Both the position numbers and the translations under genes were made by a program. 64,000 bases of DNA from the NCBI GenBank assembly GCA_000004985.1, contig GG738846.1; one strand, given 5' to 3'. The notes under the pieces are model-generated. The model made no database searches, was not told the DNA's origin, and saw nothing but the letters and a program-made list of their open reading frames with translations. This stretch comes from Naegleria gruberi. Taxonomy: Eukaryota. Position 1 is the stretch's first letter. The number at the start of each line of letters is the position of its first letter. Of the stretch, positions 46,395 to 56,232 are shown piece after piece.

Positions 46395-47576
46395 ATGGTA
46401 AATGTAATAGTCAGAGGATCCCGAGCAGACGACATTGAAAATATTGATTTACTTGGACAACCAATGAAATCAATCACATCAGGTTTTGGCCATGTGTTAA
46501 TATTATCAGAGAATGAGAAATTATTTAGTTTTGGTCGTAACGATTGTGGTCAACTTGGTTTTGAATCGGAAAATCCTGATGAAGTTGATGTTTTGAAAAT
46601 CACCCCCATACCTTGGAGCAATTCTATTAAATCAATTCATTGTGGTTCCTTGCACTCTATGATTTTAAGTGATGATAATTGTCTATTTTCTTGTGGTAGC
46701 AACGCATTTGGGCAATGTAGTCAACCAACTCTCTCTGGCCCTATTATTGCTCAGTTTACCCTTATTGAAATAGATGAAATTGTACGGAATAAGATAGCTA
46801 CAATAATTTGTAAATTTGCACATAGTGGTTTCGTCACTTCCGATAGAGAGTTATATTGTTGCGGGAGGAATCATGATTTGGAAATTGGTATACAAAACAG
46901 TGATAATGTAAACAAATTTACAAAAGTGCCAAATATTCCTCCTGTAAAGCTGGTAGATTTTGCTTGGAAATATACGGTTATTGTAACGATGGAAAATGAA
47001 ATATATTCCTCCAAGCATGGCATTCTGAGAACAGAATGTACACTTAACCCGTGCATTGGTAAATATTGTGGATGGAATCCTTCTATCAATGGAGAAATTG
47101 TCAAACTCCAATGTGGAAATGAGCATACAATACTGCTTACACAAAATATGGAACTTTTTGGGTTTGGATATTCACCCAATGGAGAAATTGGAGTCTCTCA
47201 AAGTTCAATAATTAAGGAGGTTGTAAGAATCGGAGGATCCATCCTGGACAGAGTTTGTAACTTTGTTACATCATATAATCAATTAATTGTTTTTACAACT
47301 GGTGGAACCATTTATGTTTCTGGTCTAAACACTAGAGGGCAATTGAATTTCTCTCTAAATAATAACATGATAGATTCTAAAGATCCAGTGGAAACGCTCA
47401 CACCTGTATCTCAATCCAGATATTTCAATTCAGCTTGTATTGGTAATCAATTTACCATATTATATCACAGAACAGAAGGGCAATTCAAAATTGAAAAATT
47501 ATTCAAGCAACAATTATTTTCACTCGCCTTACATGAATACTTTTTTGATACGAGCATTGTCTTTTGTAAAGAGTAA
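46395..47576 (+). CDS. RCC1-repeat (regulator of chromosome condensation-like) beta-propeller protein, 393 aa.
   Basis: ORF 46395-47576. Repeated RCC1 motifs are FGRNDCGQLGF, SCGSNAFGQCS, CCGRNHDLEIG, GFGYSPNGEIG and SGLNTRGQLN. Confidence 0.65.
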   Translation: MVNVIVRGSRADDIENIDLLGQPMKSITSGFGHVLILSENEKLFSFGRNDCGQLGFESENPDEVDVLKITPIPWSNSIKSIHCGSLHSMILSDDNCLFSCGSNAFGQCSQPTLSGPIIAQFTLIEIDEIVRNKIATIICKFAHSGFVTSDRELYCCGRNHDLEIGIQNSDNVNKFTKVPNIPPVKLVDFAWKYTVIVTMENEIYSSKHGILRTECTLNPCIGKYCGWNPSINGEIVKLQCGNEHTILLTQNMELFGFGYSPNGEIGVSQSSIIKEVVRIGGSILDRVCNFVTSYNQLIVFTTGGTIYVSGLNTRGQLNFSLNNNMIDSKDPVETLTPVSQSRYFNSACIGNQFTILYHRTEGQFKIEKLFKQQLFSLALHEYFFDTSIVFCKE

Positions 47577-47960
47577 TTAATTGATTATTGTGTTGATTGA
47601 TTGCACGACGACATGCGTACAAATCGGGAAATGCAAACATCAACAATCACAACTTGTGTATTTTGTTTGTAGAATACAATCATCTCTTATTGCTTCAAGA
47701 TGAAAATAATTTGATATTCTCATCTAATTAATTCCTTTCATTAAATCTTGCTAAATAACATTCGTTGTGAAGTGATGGTTGTGTCCTTTAGGAAGGAAGT
47801 GAAAAGAGTACAAGATAAAAACTCATTTAAACTTTTATAAAAAAAATCAAAACCATTGCGATTTTTGATACACAGAGCGTGAGAGTTTTGACCGTTTTTA
47901 CTGCATATCATCAATCCTATTTTTCAAACCTTCTAATTGTACACTTATTAAAACTCTTCA

Positions 47961-49278
47961 ATGCCTCCTCCACCTCCACCTCCACCATCTAATGTTCCAC
48001 CACCAGTTGCCTATAAGCCACCAAAAGAAGTTTCTACAGCTGGCAGAGGTGATCTGTTAGATTCTATTCGTAAAGGAAACAAGTTAAAGAGGGTACCAGA
48101 AAGTGAAAAGAAGGAAAAATCAGGTGATGTTGTTGGTAAAGTTCTTGATCGTAATGCTCCAAAGAAGCCTGCAAGTGAGAGTACACCACCAAAACCTGCC
48201 AAGTAAGTAATTTTAAATCCTTTAATTTTCTTAACAATAATTCAATTAATTAATATTAATTTAAAGTACTGGTTTTGTTCCAACAGGAAATCCAATGATG
48301 GATGAAATTCTCAAGAAGAGACAAGGCTTAGGAAATAATTCTGGAAGTGGATCCTCTACAGCTACTACTAACACTCCACCAACAAGAGCCACACCACCAA
48401 CTGTTCCTTCAAACAGACCACCTTCATCATCAAGTACAATACCAACCAGAACTGCTCCTACTTTACCATCACGAGCTGGTACCGGTTCATCTCAAACAAC
48501 TAGTACACCTCCACCAGTTGTTTCTTCAACAACACCAAGTGTACCAACAAGAACAACTCCTTCTTTACCAACAAGAACAACTCCATCAGTTCCAACAACA
48601 AGTTCAAATCCACCTTCAGGAGAAACAGGAAGAAGAGCTCCACCACCACTCCCTCAAAAGACTGGAGGTGATACAACAGGAAGAAGAGTCCCTCCACCAC
48701 TCCCTCAAAAGACTGGAGGAACTCAACAACCATCTCTTCCTTCGAGAAATCCTCCTCAAACAACTAGTACACCTCCACCAGTTGTTTCCACACCACCACC
48801 AGTGGTTGAAAAGAAACCACCTCCACCTCCAAGAAATGAGGTCAAGACTGAAACATCATCACCAACATTGCCTCCTGTCAGAAAACAACCACCAGTGTCA
48901 ACACCTCCAGTTGTGGAATCACCAAATGAATCATCAAATATTCAAACTGAAGGACGTTTCCAATTCCGAACTGACCTTCCACCTGTTCCTCCATTTACTG
49001 GAAAGCCTAAAGTTTACAAAACAAAAGGAGGATCAAGCTCATCATCATCACAAGCTAATGCTCCAAGTGTTCCCCCACCAAGACCAACTAAACCAAAGAG
49101 AGATATTGAAAAGGAAAAGAAGGAATTGGAAGCTCAAGCTAATGCATTAATGCAAGATTTTGTTAAAAGAATGATGTTTGAAAAATGCGTTCCTTTGAGA
49201 GATTTGTTGGAAAAGATTAGTAAGGCTAATGATGAGGCTACACTTGATAATATCAAAGAACAACTCTTAAACATGTAA
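47961..49278 (+). CDS. Verprolin/WIP-family actin regulator: N-terminal WH2 motifs, long proline-rich core and a C-terminal WASP-binding region. Two exons; the intron position is uncertain.
   Basis: The first block (47961-48174, possibly to 48203) reads MPPPPPPPPSNVPPPV..GRGDLLDSIRKGNKLKRV, a WH2 motif at the extreme N-terminus as in Vrp1/WIP. The second block (48287-49278) has a second WH2-like motif MMDEILKKRQ, then a proline-rich region, then GRFQFRTDLPPVPPF, which resembles the WIP WASP-binding motif ESRFYFHPISDLPPPEPY. The two blocks are in different frames. Only the donor GCAA|GTGAGA (about 48175) with the acceptor ..TTCCAACAG (48286) gives an in-frame join. The canonical GTAAGT at 48203 cannot be spliced in frame. 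Confidence 0.6.
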
Positions 49279-49322
49279 TCTATTTAGTACCTTTAATAAA
49301 TCTTGTAAATTACCTAATATGT

Positions 49323-50654
49323 TTAATTACATCCAGGACAATTATGAAGAGACTCATGAATAAAAGCGTCACATTCAACACAGAAAATATTACTGCAACT
49401 TGGACATTGTAAACTAATAAATGATTCTTTTGGCAATGATTTCTGACATCCATAACAGTAGGGTTCTTCTCCCTCTCTTGGTTGATAATCAATGAATTGT
49501 TGTACTGGGAAAAGATGGTGGTATGAACGAGCCAAATGAGGAGAGGAAACAAGCATTAATCCACAGGTTGAGCACTCAACCGGCAAGTCACAATATTTAC
49601 TTTTACAGCGAGGGCAGATATATCCACCAGGTGTAATCTTTTTGTGACATAAACACATAGAGTAGAGAGTCTGAGCTCTTCTCTGAGGGAAACCCATTCT
49701 CATGGATGGAGGAGCTACAATTTTTGTAGAAGAAGAGGATGTAGTTGGGGGAGGAGCTGCATGTGCCATTAATACTTCTTTGAAATGTTCATCATCTGTT
49801 GGTACACTATAAGTACCTTGGGTTTGTTTTGCAATTTGTTTGCAAACAAACACCTCAGCATCCAAACTAATTAATGAAACTCTAATATTATTATCTTTGA
49901 GTTGTTTGATTGTCGAGAAAATATTATCAGGATCACAGGACGATAATGAACAATAGATTACCACAACTTCCTTAGAACCATAATTGGGTATTTGATGAAG
50001 TGAATCATAACTTAGGTTCAATACATTTTGAAGTGATGGATCTCCCCCAAAAGACCTTGTTGGATGGCTTGATGTATGTCTATTGGCATCTTCATATAAC
50101 TTTTTCAATTCTGATACTAGTTGCTTTACATTTCCTGTTAGTTCTTTTAAAATTTTTGCAACACCATTCTTTGTGGTAATAATTCCCAATTGTGAGAGTG
50201 GATTTTGATCAAAATATTCCTTGATGAATTCCTTTGCTGTTGAAATAACGGATTGTGCTCGGGATGTTTTCTCATCATGTTGTGATGGTAACATTATTCC
50301 ATTACTGCAATCAATGACAAGATATAAAAATCTAATAATTCCCTTCTTGATGATTGTTTTTTCCTGTGGAATTAATGATTTTGTTGAATTAGTACTATTA
50401 GCGGCATTCCAATACATCAATTGATGTCTTTTAACAATACGTTCTCTTTTACTTTTTTGTTTGGAGAGTGAAAGTTTGTTAACCAGTTGGTCATATGGTT
50501 GCTCTACAATATCGTCCACTCCTCCAGTATCATACTTTTTTTCCCAATTGTATGTATTAGAATCTTGTTTGTGAGCATTGAATGTTGTCAATTCGTTTTC
50601 ATCGTGATCATCCATGCCATCATCATCTACTAACGGTCTCTTGTGTGAGGACAT
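49323..50654 (-). CDS. GTF2H2: TFIIH core subunit p44 (GTF2H2/Ssl1): vWA domain plus C-terminal C4 zinc finger and RING-like C1_4 finger, about 443 aa.
   Basis: ORF 49323-50675, trimmed to the ATG at 50652-50654 (the track start is a TTG). vWA region: RFLYLVIDCS..LGIITTKNGVAKIL. Zinc-binding regions: YICPRCKSKYCDLPVECSTCGLMLVSSPHLARSYHHLFP and CPSCSNIFCVECDAFIHESLHNCPGC. Confidence 0.85.
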   Translation of the reverse strand: MSSHKRPLVDDDGMDDHDENELTTFNAHKQDSNTYNWEKKYDTGGVDDIVEQPYDQLVNKLSLSKQKSKRERIVKRHQLMYWNAANSTNSTKSLIPQEKTIIKKGIIRFLYLVIDCSNGIMLPSQHDEKTSRAQSVISTAKEFIKEYFDQNPLSQLGIITTKNGVAKILKELTGNVKQLVSELKKLYEDANRHTSSHPTRSFGGDPSLQNVLNLSYDSLHQIPNYGSKEVVVIYCSLSSCDPDNIFSTIKQLKDNNIRVSLISLDAEVFVCKQIAKQTQGTYSVPTDDEHFKEVLMAHAAPPPTTSSSSTKIVAPPSMRMGFPQRRAQTLYSMCLCHKKITPGGYICPRCKSKYCDLPVECSTCGLMLVSSPHLARSYHHLFPVQQFIDYQPREGEEPYCYGCQKSLPKESFISLQCPSCSNIFCVECDAFIHESLHNCPGCN

Positions 50655-50704
50655 TTTTTTGAAAAATATGTACAACTAATTTTAAATTAAAATTAGATTA
50701 AAAA
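50655..50704. promoter_or_regulatory. 50-bp divergent spacer between the TFIIH-p44 (-) and MCAT (+) start codons. Putative minimal bidirectional promoter.
   Basis: Outward-facing ATGs at 50652-50654 and 50705. Inference only. Confidence 0.3.
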
Positions 50705-51892
50705 ATGTTCAAGCGTAACCAAAGGCTTTCACTTTGTATGAGACTTAAAAACTATCAACAAATTGGTGGTGGAACTATCAATTATTGTTACTCTACTGAT
50801 TTGAAGAGTAAGGTTTTAACTGTGTACATGTTTACAGGTCAGGGATCACAACATTCAAGAATGTTTTCCGATATAGATTCAATTCATCCTTTGATGAAAA
50901 CAAAAACATGTCAATCTATTTTTTTCAATGGAACTGAAAGTGATGAGGAAATTATGAACAGTTTTAGGGATTTCTCTTTTCCTGTATTAAGAAATTTGAA
51001 TGTTGAAAATATTGAAAATCCACCTACAAGCTTGGCCCAACCTTTAATTTTAATACAATCTATTTTACTTTTTGAAAGGTATAGAGAATTACTTTCTAAA
51101 ACTAGTAGGAATGAAGAAATAGCTTGTATGCTTGGACATTCTTTAGGAGAATTTACAGCTTTAGCAGCTTGTGGAGGCGTTTCTATTGAAGAGGCTATTA
51201 AACTTGTTAACGTTAGAGGAAAATCAATGGAAAGAAACATTACAAAGGAACAAGAAACTGATATGGGTATGAGAGCAATAATTAATATTCCTTTACAATT
51301 AATGAGTGATATTGAGAAATACTTTACATCCACTAATCAGAAAGAATCTCTATGTCCTTGTTGTGACATGGCTAATATTAATACACCTCAACAGGTTGTT
51401 TTGAGTGGACTCAAATCGGATATGGATAGACAAATTTCAATGTGGCAAGAAAATTATAAATGTAAACTAAGAGCCATTCCACTAAATGTACACTTGCCAT
51501 TCCACTCAAAGTATCTAGAACCTGTTTCTATTGATATTTCTAATGCATATGATGAAATTGATACTGGAAATATTGTAAGAAAATTACAACATCCAATAGT
51601 TGCCAATACCAATGCCAAATTTGTAAATACCTTTGCAGAAATTAAAGCATTATCCATCCATCAAGTACACAAACCAGTTTTGTGGAACATGTCCATTCAA
51701 TCTATTATTGAACATGTTAGGCGGGAATACCATACAAAAGACACAACACCAACAACTCTCAGATTCATTGAATTTGGACCACAGAAAAAACTTGAACCCA
51801 TGATAAGCAAATGTTGCAGTGGAGGAAATGGTTTGAACATTGAAAGTTTATCCTTCAATACTTTGTCAGATGTTAATAATTATTTTCAATAA
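50705..51892 (+). CDS. MCAT: Malonyl-CoA:ACP transacylase (FabD/MCAT), probably for mitochondrial type-II fatty-acid synthesis. 395 aa.
   Basis: ORF 50705-51892. It has the GQGSQ motif and the active-site GHSLGEFTALAACGG, and overall acyltransferase colinearity. The N-terminus MFKRNQRLSLCMRLKNYQQIG is presequence-like. Confidence 0.85.
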   Translation: MFKRNQRLSLCMRLKNYQQIGGGTINYCYSTDLKSKVLTVYMFTGQGSQHSRMFSDIDSIHPLMKTKTCQSIFFNGTESDEEIMNSFRDFSFPVLRNLNVENIENPPTSLAQPLILIQSILLFERYRELLSKTSRNEEIACMLGHSLGEFTALAACGGVSIEEAIKLVNVRGKSMERNITKEQETDMGMRAIINIPLQLMSDIEKYFTSTNQKESLCPCCDMANINTPQQVVLSGLKSDMDRQISMWQENYKCKLRAIPLNVHLPFHSKYLEPVSIDISNAYDEIDTGNIVRKLQHPIVANTNAKFVNTFAEIKALSIHQVHKPVLWNMSIQSIIEHVRREYHTKDTTPTTLRFIEFGPQKKLEPMISKCCSGGNGLNIESLSFNTLSDVNNYFQ

Positions 51893-51954
51893 CTTGTTCT
51901 TTATTAAAAAACCATCACACAATGAAAAAATATTATTTAATTTTTAAAAAAAAA

Positions 51955-54900
51955 ATGCATCTCTACCACTTTACACTCGTCAAACCGGGAAGTATTAACC
52001 AGGCGATCAGTGGTTGTTTTTCTGGTAAAAAGTATGATATTTTAACGGAAAAGCACTACAGACCAACAGAGATTGTGATGGCCAAAGGAAATATTCTAGA
52101 GTTGTATGAATGCGAGGAAAATGGAAATCTTAAATGTTTAATATCACAAGATGTCTTTGGAGTAATTAGATCCATCACATCTTTCAAGTTTAGTAATACT
52201 GTAGAGAAGGATTATATTGCCATTGGATCCGATTCAGGAAGTATTGTTATTTTGGAGGTCAATAGCAACTTGAACAAATTTACACAAATTCATCACGAGA
52301 CATACGGAAAGACTGGCTGCAGAAGAATTGTTCCAGGACAATATTTGGCTGCTGATCCAAAGGGTAGGGCTTTGATGATTGGAGCAGTTGAAAAACAAAA
52401 ATTTGTCTATGTTTTGAATATGGATGGGGACCATTTGACAATATCATCACCATTGGAAGGTCACTCACAAAATACTCTAGTTTATTCTATGGTAGGCTTG
52501 GATGTAGGGTTTGACAATCCTGCCTTTGCTTGTATTGAAGTTAATTATGAAGGTGCTGATGAATCTGATGTAGCTTATCAATCTTTGAAAAAGATGCTTA
52601 CTATTTATGAATTGGATCTAGGAAAAAACACTATAGTTAAAAAATCATCAGAAGAAATTGACAGATCAGCAAATTTATTGATTCAAATACCAGAACCATT
52701 GGGGGGTGTGTTGGTTTGTTCTGAAAATTATATTACATATAAGAAAGAAGGTCAAGATGATGTAAGATCTCCTATTCCAAGAAGAAGTGGCATGCCACAA
52801 GAAAGAGGGCTTATGATCATCAATTCTAATCTCAAAGTCAAAAAAGGAGGTGATATTTTCCTTCTTGCTCAAAATGAATTGGGTGATCTCTATAGAGTTT
52901 CATTTAACAAGGATGGCAATAGAGTAAGCAGTGTATCACTCCAATACTTTGATACTATTCCTGTTTCCAACTCATTCTTGGCATTGAAAAATGGAAATTT
53001 GTTTTGTGCCTCTGAATTTGGTGATCACAAGTGTTACAAAATTACAAAGATTGAACCAAATGAATATCCAGAAACTTATGAGTCTATTGGAAGTGAAACC
53101 TTCCCAACATTTACTCCACCAATGAATAGATTTGAGGCATTAATGAGCGATAATGATCAACCATCAACAACAAATGTCACATGCCTTGAACTTGTCAATG
53201 AAATTAAGAGTTTAGCTCCAGTTACTGATATGAAAGTTACAGATTTAATGGGAGAAGGAACTCCACAGATTTATTGTCTTAATGGTAGAGGACCAACCTC
53301 CTCATTGAGATCTTTGAGATATGGTTTACCTGTAAATGAAGAAGTTGCTGCTCCTTTGGATCAACAAGCAACAGCCATATTTACAGTCAAAGAATCGATG
53401 AATGACACATTTGACAAGTATATCATTCTTTCATTTTCCGAGTTCACAATGGTACTTTCTGTTGGTGAAAATGTTGCAGAAGTGACTGAATCTGGTTTTT
53501 TGACTACAACAAAGACTATTTATGCTTCAAATATTGGAGAATCTGGAGAGTTTGTACAAGTACATCCAAAGGGTATCAGACATATTCACCCTGATAGAGT
53601 TAACGAATGGAACTCTGGTAACAAGATAATTGAAAAAGCTGCCGTTAATGGTTATCAAATTGTTGTATCGTTGAGTGGAGGAGAAATTATTTATTTTGAA
53701 TATGACACTAGTTCTGGAAATTTGATTGAAACCGAAAGAAATGACTTGTCACAAGATGTAGCCTGTTTAGCATTGAGCCCTATTCAAGATGGTCGTACCA
53801 GAGGTCGTTTCTTGGCAGTAGGATTTTATGACAAGACTGTAAGATTAATATCCTTGGGAGAATATGATATGATGTCAATTTTATCAAGACAAGCCCTACC
53901 TGCTGATCCTGAATCTCTTAGCTTGATTGAGCTTCAAAGTGGCCACTCAAGAGATGAAACCAGTCTTTACTTAAATATTGGTTTGAGTAATGGTATTCTA
54001 TTAAGATCAACTGTGGACTCCTCTACAGGAGAATTGTCAGATACAAGATCTAGGTTTTTAGGTACAAAGGGCGTTAAATTAAGAAATGTTAAAGTTCGTG
54101 GAGACAATGCAATTCTTGCCCTTTCCAGCAAACCTTGGCTTGGTAATAGTATTAATGGAAAGATTGAAATGACACCTCTTTCTTATCCAGCCCTTAATAG
54201 CGCATGCAATTTTTCATCAGAGCAAATTAGGGATGGACTAGTCTCTATCACTGCAGAACATTTGAGAATTATTACCATTTCTTCACTTCTAGACAAGTTT
54301 ACTCCAGAAATTATTCCTCTCAATTATACACCAAGAAAATTTGTAGTACACGATGAAACTTCACACATGATTATTTTGCAAACTGATCACAACGTTTCAA
54401 AGGAAAATTCAACTGATAGACCTGACTATATCAAAGTAGACGAAAGTCAAAAGGATCCTTCTCTCTCCAAAGATGTAGAATATGGAGCTATTAAAACCAA
54501 GCCAAAATCTAATCTTTGGGCTTCATACATCAGAGTTTACTCACCAAAAAAGCAAGCAAATTTGGACGAATTTGAAATTGAAGACAATGAGGCTGCTTTT
54601 AGTATTACAACTTGTAAATTTTCCACTTCCTTGTCTGGGGCAAAATCAAATGAGAGCCTCATTATTGTTGGTACAGCTAAAAACATGAAGTTATACCCTA
54701 CTAGAACATGTGATTGTGGTTACATTAATGTATTCCAAATAAGCGAAGATGGAAAGTTGCAATTAATTCACAAGACAGAAGTTGAGGATGTTCCATACGC
54801 ACTTCATGCATTCCGTGGCAGACTATTGGTCGGTGTAAAGAACATGTTGAGAATTTATGATTTGGGTAAGAAGAAATTACTGAGAAAATGTGAAAATAAG

Positions 54901-55605
54901 TCATTCCCTAATTTCATTACCTCCATTGCAGTAGATGGAAATAGAATTTTCGTTGGTGATATTACTGAATCTTTCCATTTTGTCAAATTTAATTCTTCAG
55001 AAAACTCTCTGACAATATTTGCTGACAATACAACACCAAGATGGCTCACCGCCTCTGCACTTGTTGATCACAATACTATTGCAGGTGGTGACAAGTTTGG
55101 AAACTTTTTCATATCCAGATTACCAAGTGATGTTTCTGATGAGCTAGAAGATTCAAGCACTGGTAAAGAAAAATGGATTTGGGAAAGAGGATTATTGAAC
55201 GGAGCACCCCAAAAAGCAACTGAAATTGTCAAGTTTTATGTTGGCTCCATGATAACAAGTATTTACAAAACAAGTCTTATTGCTGGTGGACCGTCCATTC
55301 TTATTTACACAACCATTACTGGTGCAGTTGGAGTATTCTTCCCATTTACATCAAAGAAGGATATCGAATTCTTTACTCAACTCGAAATGCACCTGAGAGA
55401 GAAAAATCCACCATTGTGTGGAAGAGACCACCTTGCTTACCGTTCCTATTACTTCCCTGTTAAGAGTGTTGTTGATGGTGATTTAATTGAACAATTCAAC
55501 GATGTCGACTTGCAAACAAAAACTAAAATTTCAGAAGACCTGCAAAGAACCATCAACGAAATTGCTAAAAAGATTGAAGATATGAAGAACCAAACTGGTT
55601 TGTAA
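51955..55605 (+). CDS. SF3B3: Splicing factor 3b subunit 3 (SF3B3/SAP130/Rse1), 1,216 aa, single exon.
   Basis: ORF 51922-55605, trimmed to the second ATG at 51955. MHLYHFTLVKPGSINQAISGCFSGKK..ILELYECEENGNLKCLISQDVFGVIRSITSFKF..DYIAIGSDSGSIVILEV matches SF3B3 (MFLYNLTLQRATGISFAIHGNFSGTK..). The length is equal to SF3B3. Confidence 0.9.
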   Translation: MHLYHFTLVKPGSINQAISGCFSGKKYDILTEKHYRPTEIVMAKGNILELYECEENGNLKCLISQDVFGVIRSITSFKFSNTVEKDYIAIGSDSGSIVILEVNSNLNKFTQIHHETYGKTGCRRIVPGQYLAADPKGRALMIGAVEKQKFVYVLNMDGDHLTISSPLEGHSQNTLVYSMVGLDVGFDNPAFACIEVNYEGADESDVAYQSLKKMLTIYELDLGKNTIVKKSSEEIDRSANLLIQIPEPLGGVLVCSENYITYKKEGQDDVRSPIPRRSGMPQERGLMIINSNLKVKKGGDIFLLAQNELGDLYRVSFNKDGNRVSSVSLQYFDTIPVSNSFLALKNGNLFCASEFGDHKCYKITKIEPNEYPETYESIGSETFPTFTPPMNRFEALMSDNDQPSTTNVTCLELVNEIKSLAPVTDMKVTDLMGEGTPQIYCLNGRGPTSSLRSLRYGLPVNEEVAAPLDQQATAIFTVKESMNDTFDKYIILSFSEFTMVLSVGENVAEVTESGFLTTTKTIYASNIGESGEFVQVHPKGIRHIHPDRVNEWNSGNKIIEKAAVNGYQIVVSLSGGEIIYFEYDTSSGNLIETERNDLSQDVACLALSPIQDGRTRGRFLAVGFYDKTVRLISLGEYDMMSILSRQALPADPESLSLIELQSGHSRDETSLYLNIGLSNGILLRSTVDSSTGELSDTRSRFLGTKGVKLRNVKVRGDNAILALSSKPWLGNSINGKIEMTPLSYPALNSACNFSSEQIRDGLVSITAEHLRIITISSLLDKFTPEIIPLNYTPRKFVVHDETSHMIILQTDHNVSKENSTDRPDYIKVDESQKDPSLSKDVEYGAIKTKPKSNLWASYIRVYSPKKQANLDEFEIEDNEAAFSITTCKFSTSLSGAKSNESLIIVGTAKNMKLYPTRTCDCGYINVFQISEDGKLQLIHKTEVEDVPYALHAFRGRLLVGVKNMLRIYDLGKKKLLRKCENKSFPNFITSIAVDGNRIFVGDITESFHFVKFNSSENSLTIFADNTTPRWLTASALVDHNTIAGGDKFGNFFISRLPSDVSDELEDSSTGKEKWIWERGLLNGAPQKATEIVKFYVGSMITSIYKTSLIAGGPSILIYTTITGAVGVFFPFTSKKDIEFFTQLEMHLREKNPPLCGRDHLAYRSYYFPVKSVVDGDLIEQFNDVDLQTKTKISEDLQRTINEIAKKIEDMKNQTGL

Positions 55606-55704
55606 TAAAAGCTAATAGTATAATTTATACTATTGATGCGAAATTATGAAAATAATACTAAAAATTATATTACTTCCGAGTTGTTGTTTAATTGTTGTTG
55701 TTAT

Positions 55705-56127
55705 TTAATTTTCTCCATTTTGATTGAGTTCCTTATTGTATCGGGTTAAACCTGCACAGTTTAGCCACAATTGTGGAATAAATAGTCCTTGTACTGATGG
55801 ATTTTTAGTTAACTTGGCAAATCCAATCTTTTTGGCTTTATCACCCCATTGTGATTTAATATTGTGGAGTTTTTGGGAAATTTCAGTAGAGTCCATGTTT
55901 TTGCAATCATGAACATGTTCTCTTCCGTTCTTATAAATTGCCTTCATGTATGGATGTCTACCTCTACGTAATTGTACAACAAATTTAACATCAGGCGATA
56001 ATTTAGCCATTTCCCAGAAAGCACCAGATGATTGGTCCAAAAAATTTCTCATTCCGGATGAGCTTCCTCCCCAATCACAGAAATAAACACAAACTTGTTT
56101 CAACTGTGTCACACCGTTCCTAGACAT
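55705..56127 (-). CDS. MRPL43: Mitochondrial ribosomal protein L43 (yeast Mrpl51; L51/S25/CI-B8 thioredoxin-like fold), 140 aa.
   Basis: ORF 55705-56127. QVCVYFCDWGGSSSGMRNFLDQSSGAFWEMAKLSPDVKFVVQLRRGRHPYMKAIYKNGREHVHDCKNMDSTEISQKL parallels MRPL43 ([37 protein letters not shown]..). Confidence 0.75.
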   Translation of the reverse strand: MSRNGVTQLKQVCVYFCDWGGSSSGMRNFLDQSSGAFWEMAKLSPDVKFVVQLRRGRHPYMKAIYKNGREHVHDCKNMDSTEISQKLHNIKSQWGDKAKKIGFAKLTKNPSVQGLFIPQLWLNCAGLTRYNKELNQNGEN

Positions 56128-56232
56128 TTTTTTTTATTCAATATTTTTTTAATAAATTAATTTAAATTACTTTTTTAAAAAATATGATAAGTTTTTGAAT
56201 GGTAGCCTATTAATGTCAAAATAATTATTGGT

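Noticed and set aside
47840-47900. A GATACACAGAG motif reminiscent of the U6 snRNA core in the RCC1-verprolin spacer.
   Set aside because: Only about 8 nt match. There is no ACAGAGA box, AGC triad or terminal T-run in the right context.
48347-49150. A 267-aa His/Gln/Leu-rich ORF in an alternate frame of the verprolin proline-rich region.
   Set aside because: It is a frame-shifted reading of repetitive CCA/CCT-rich codons. The +1-frame product (WH2, polyproline and WASP-binding motif) is the homologous one.
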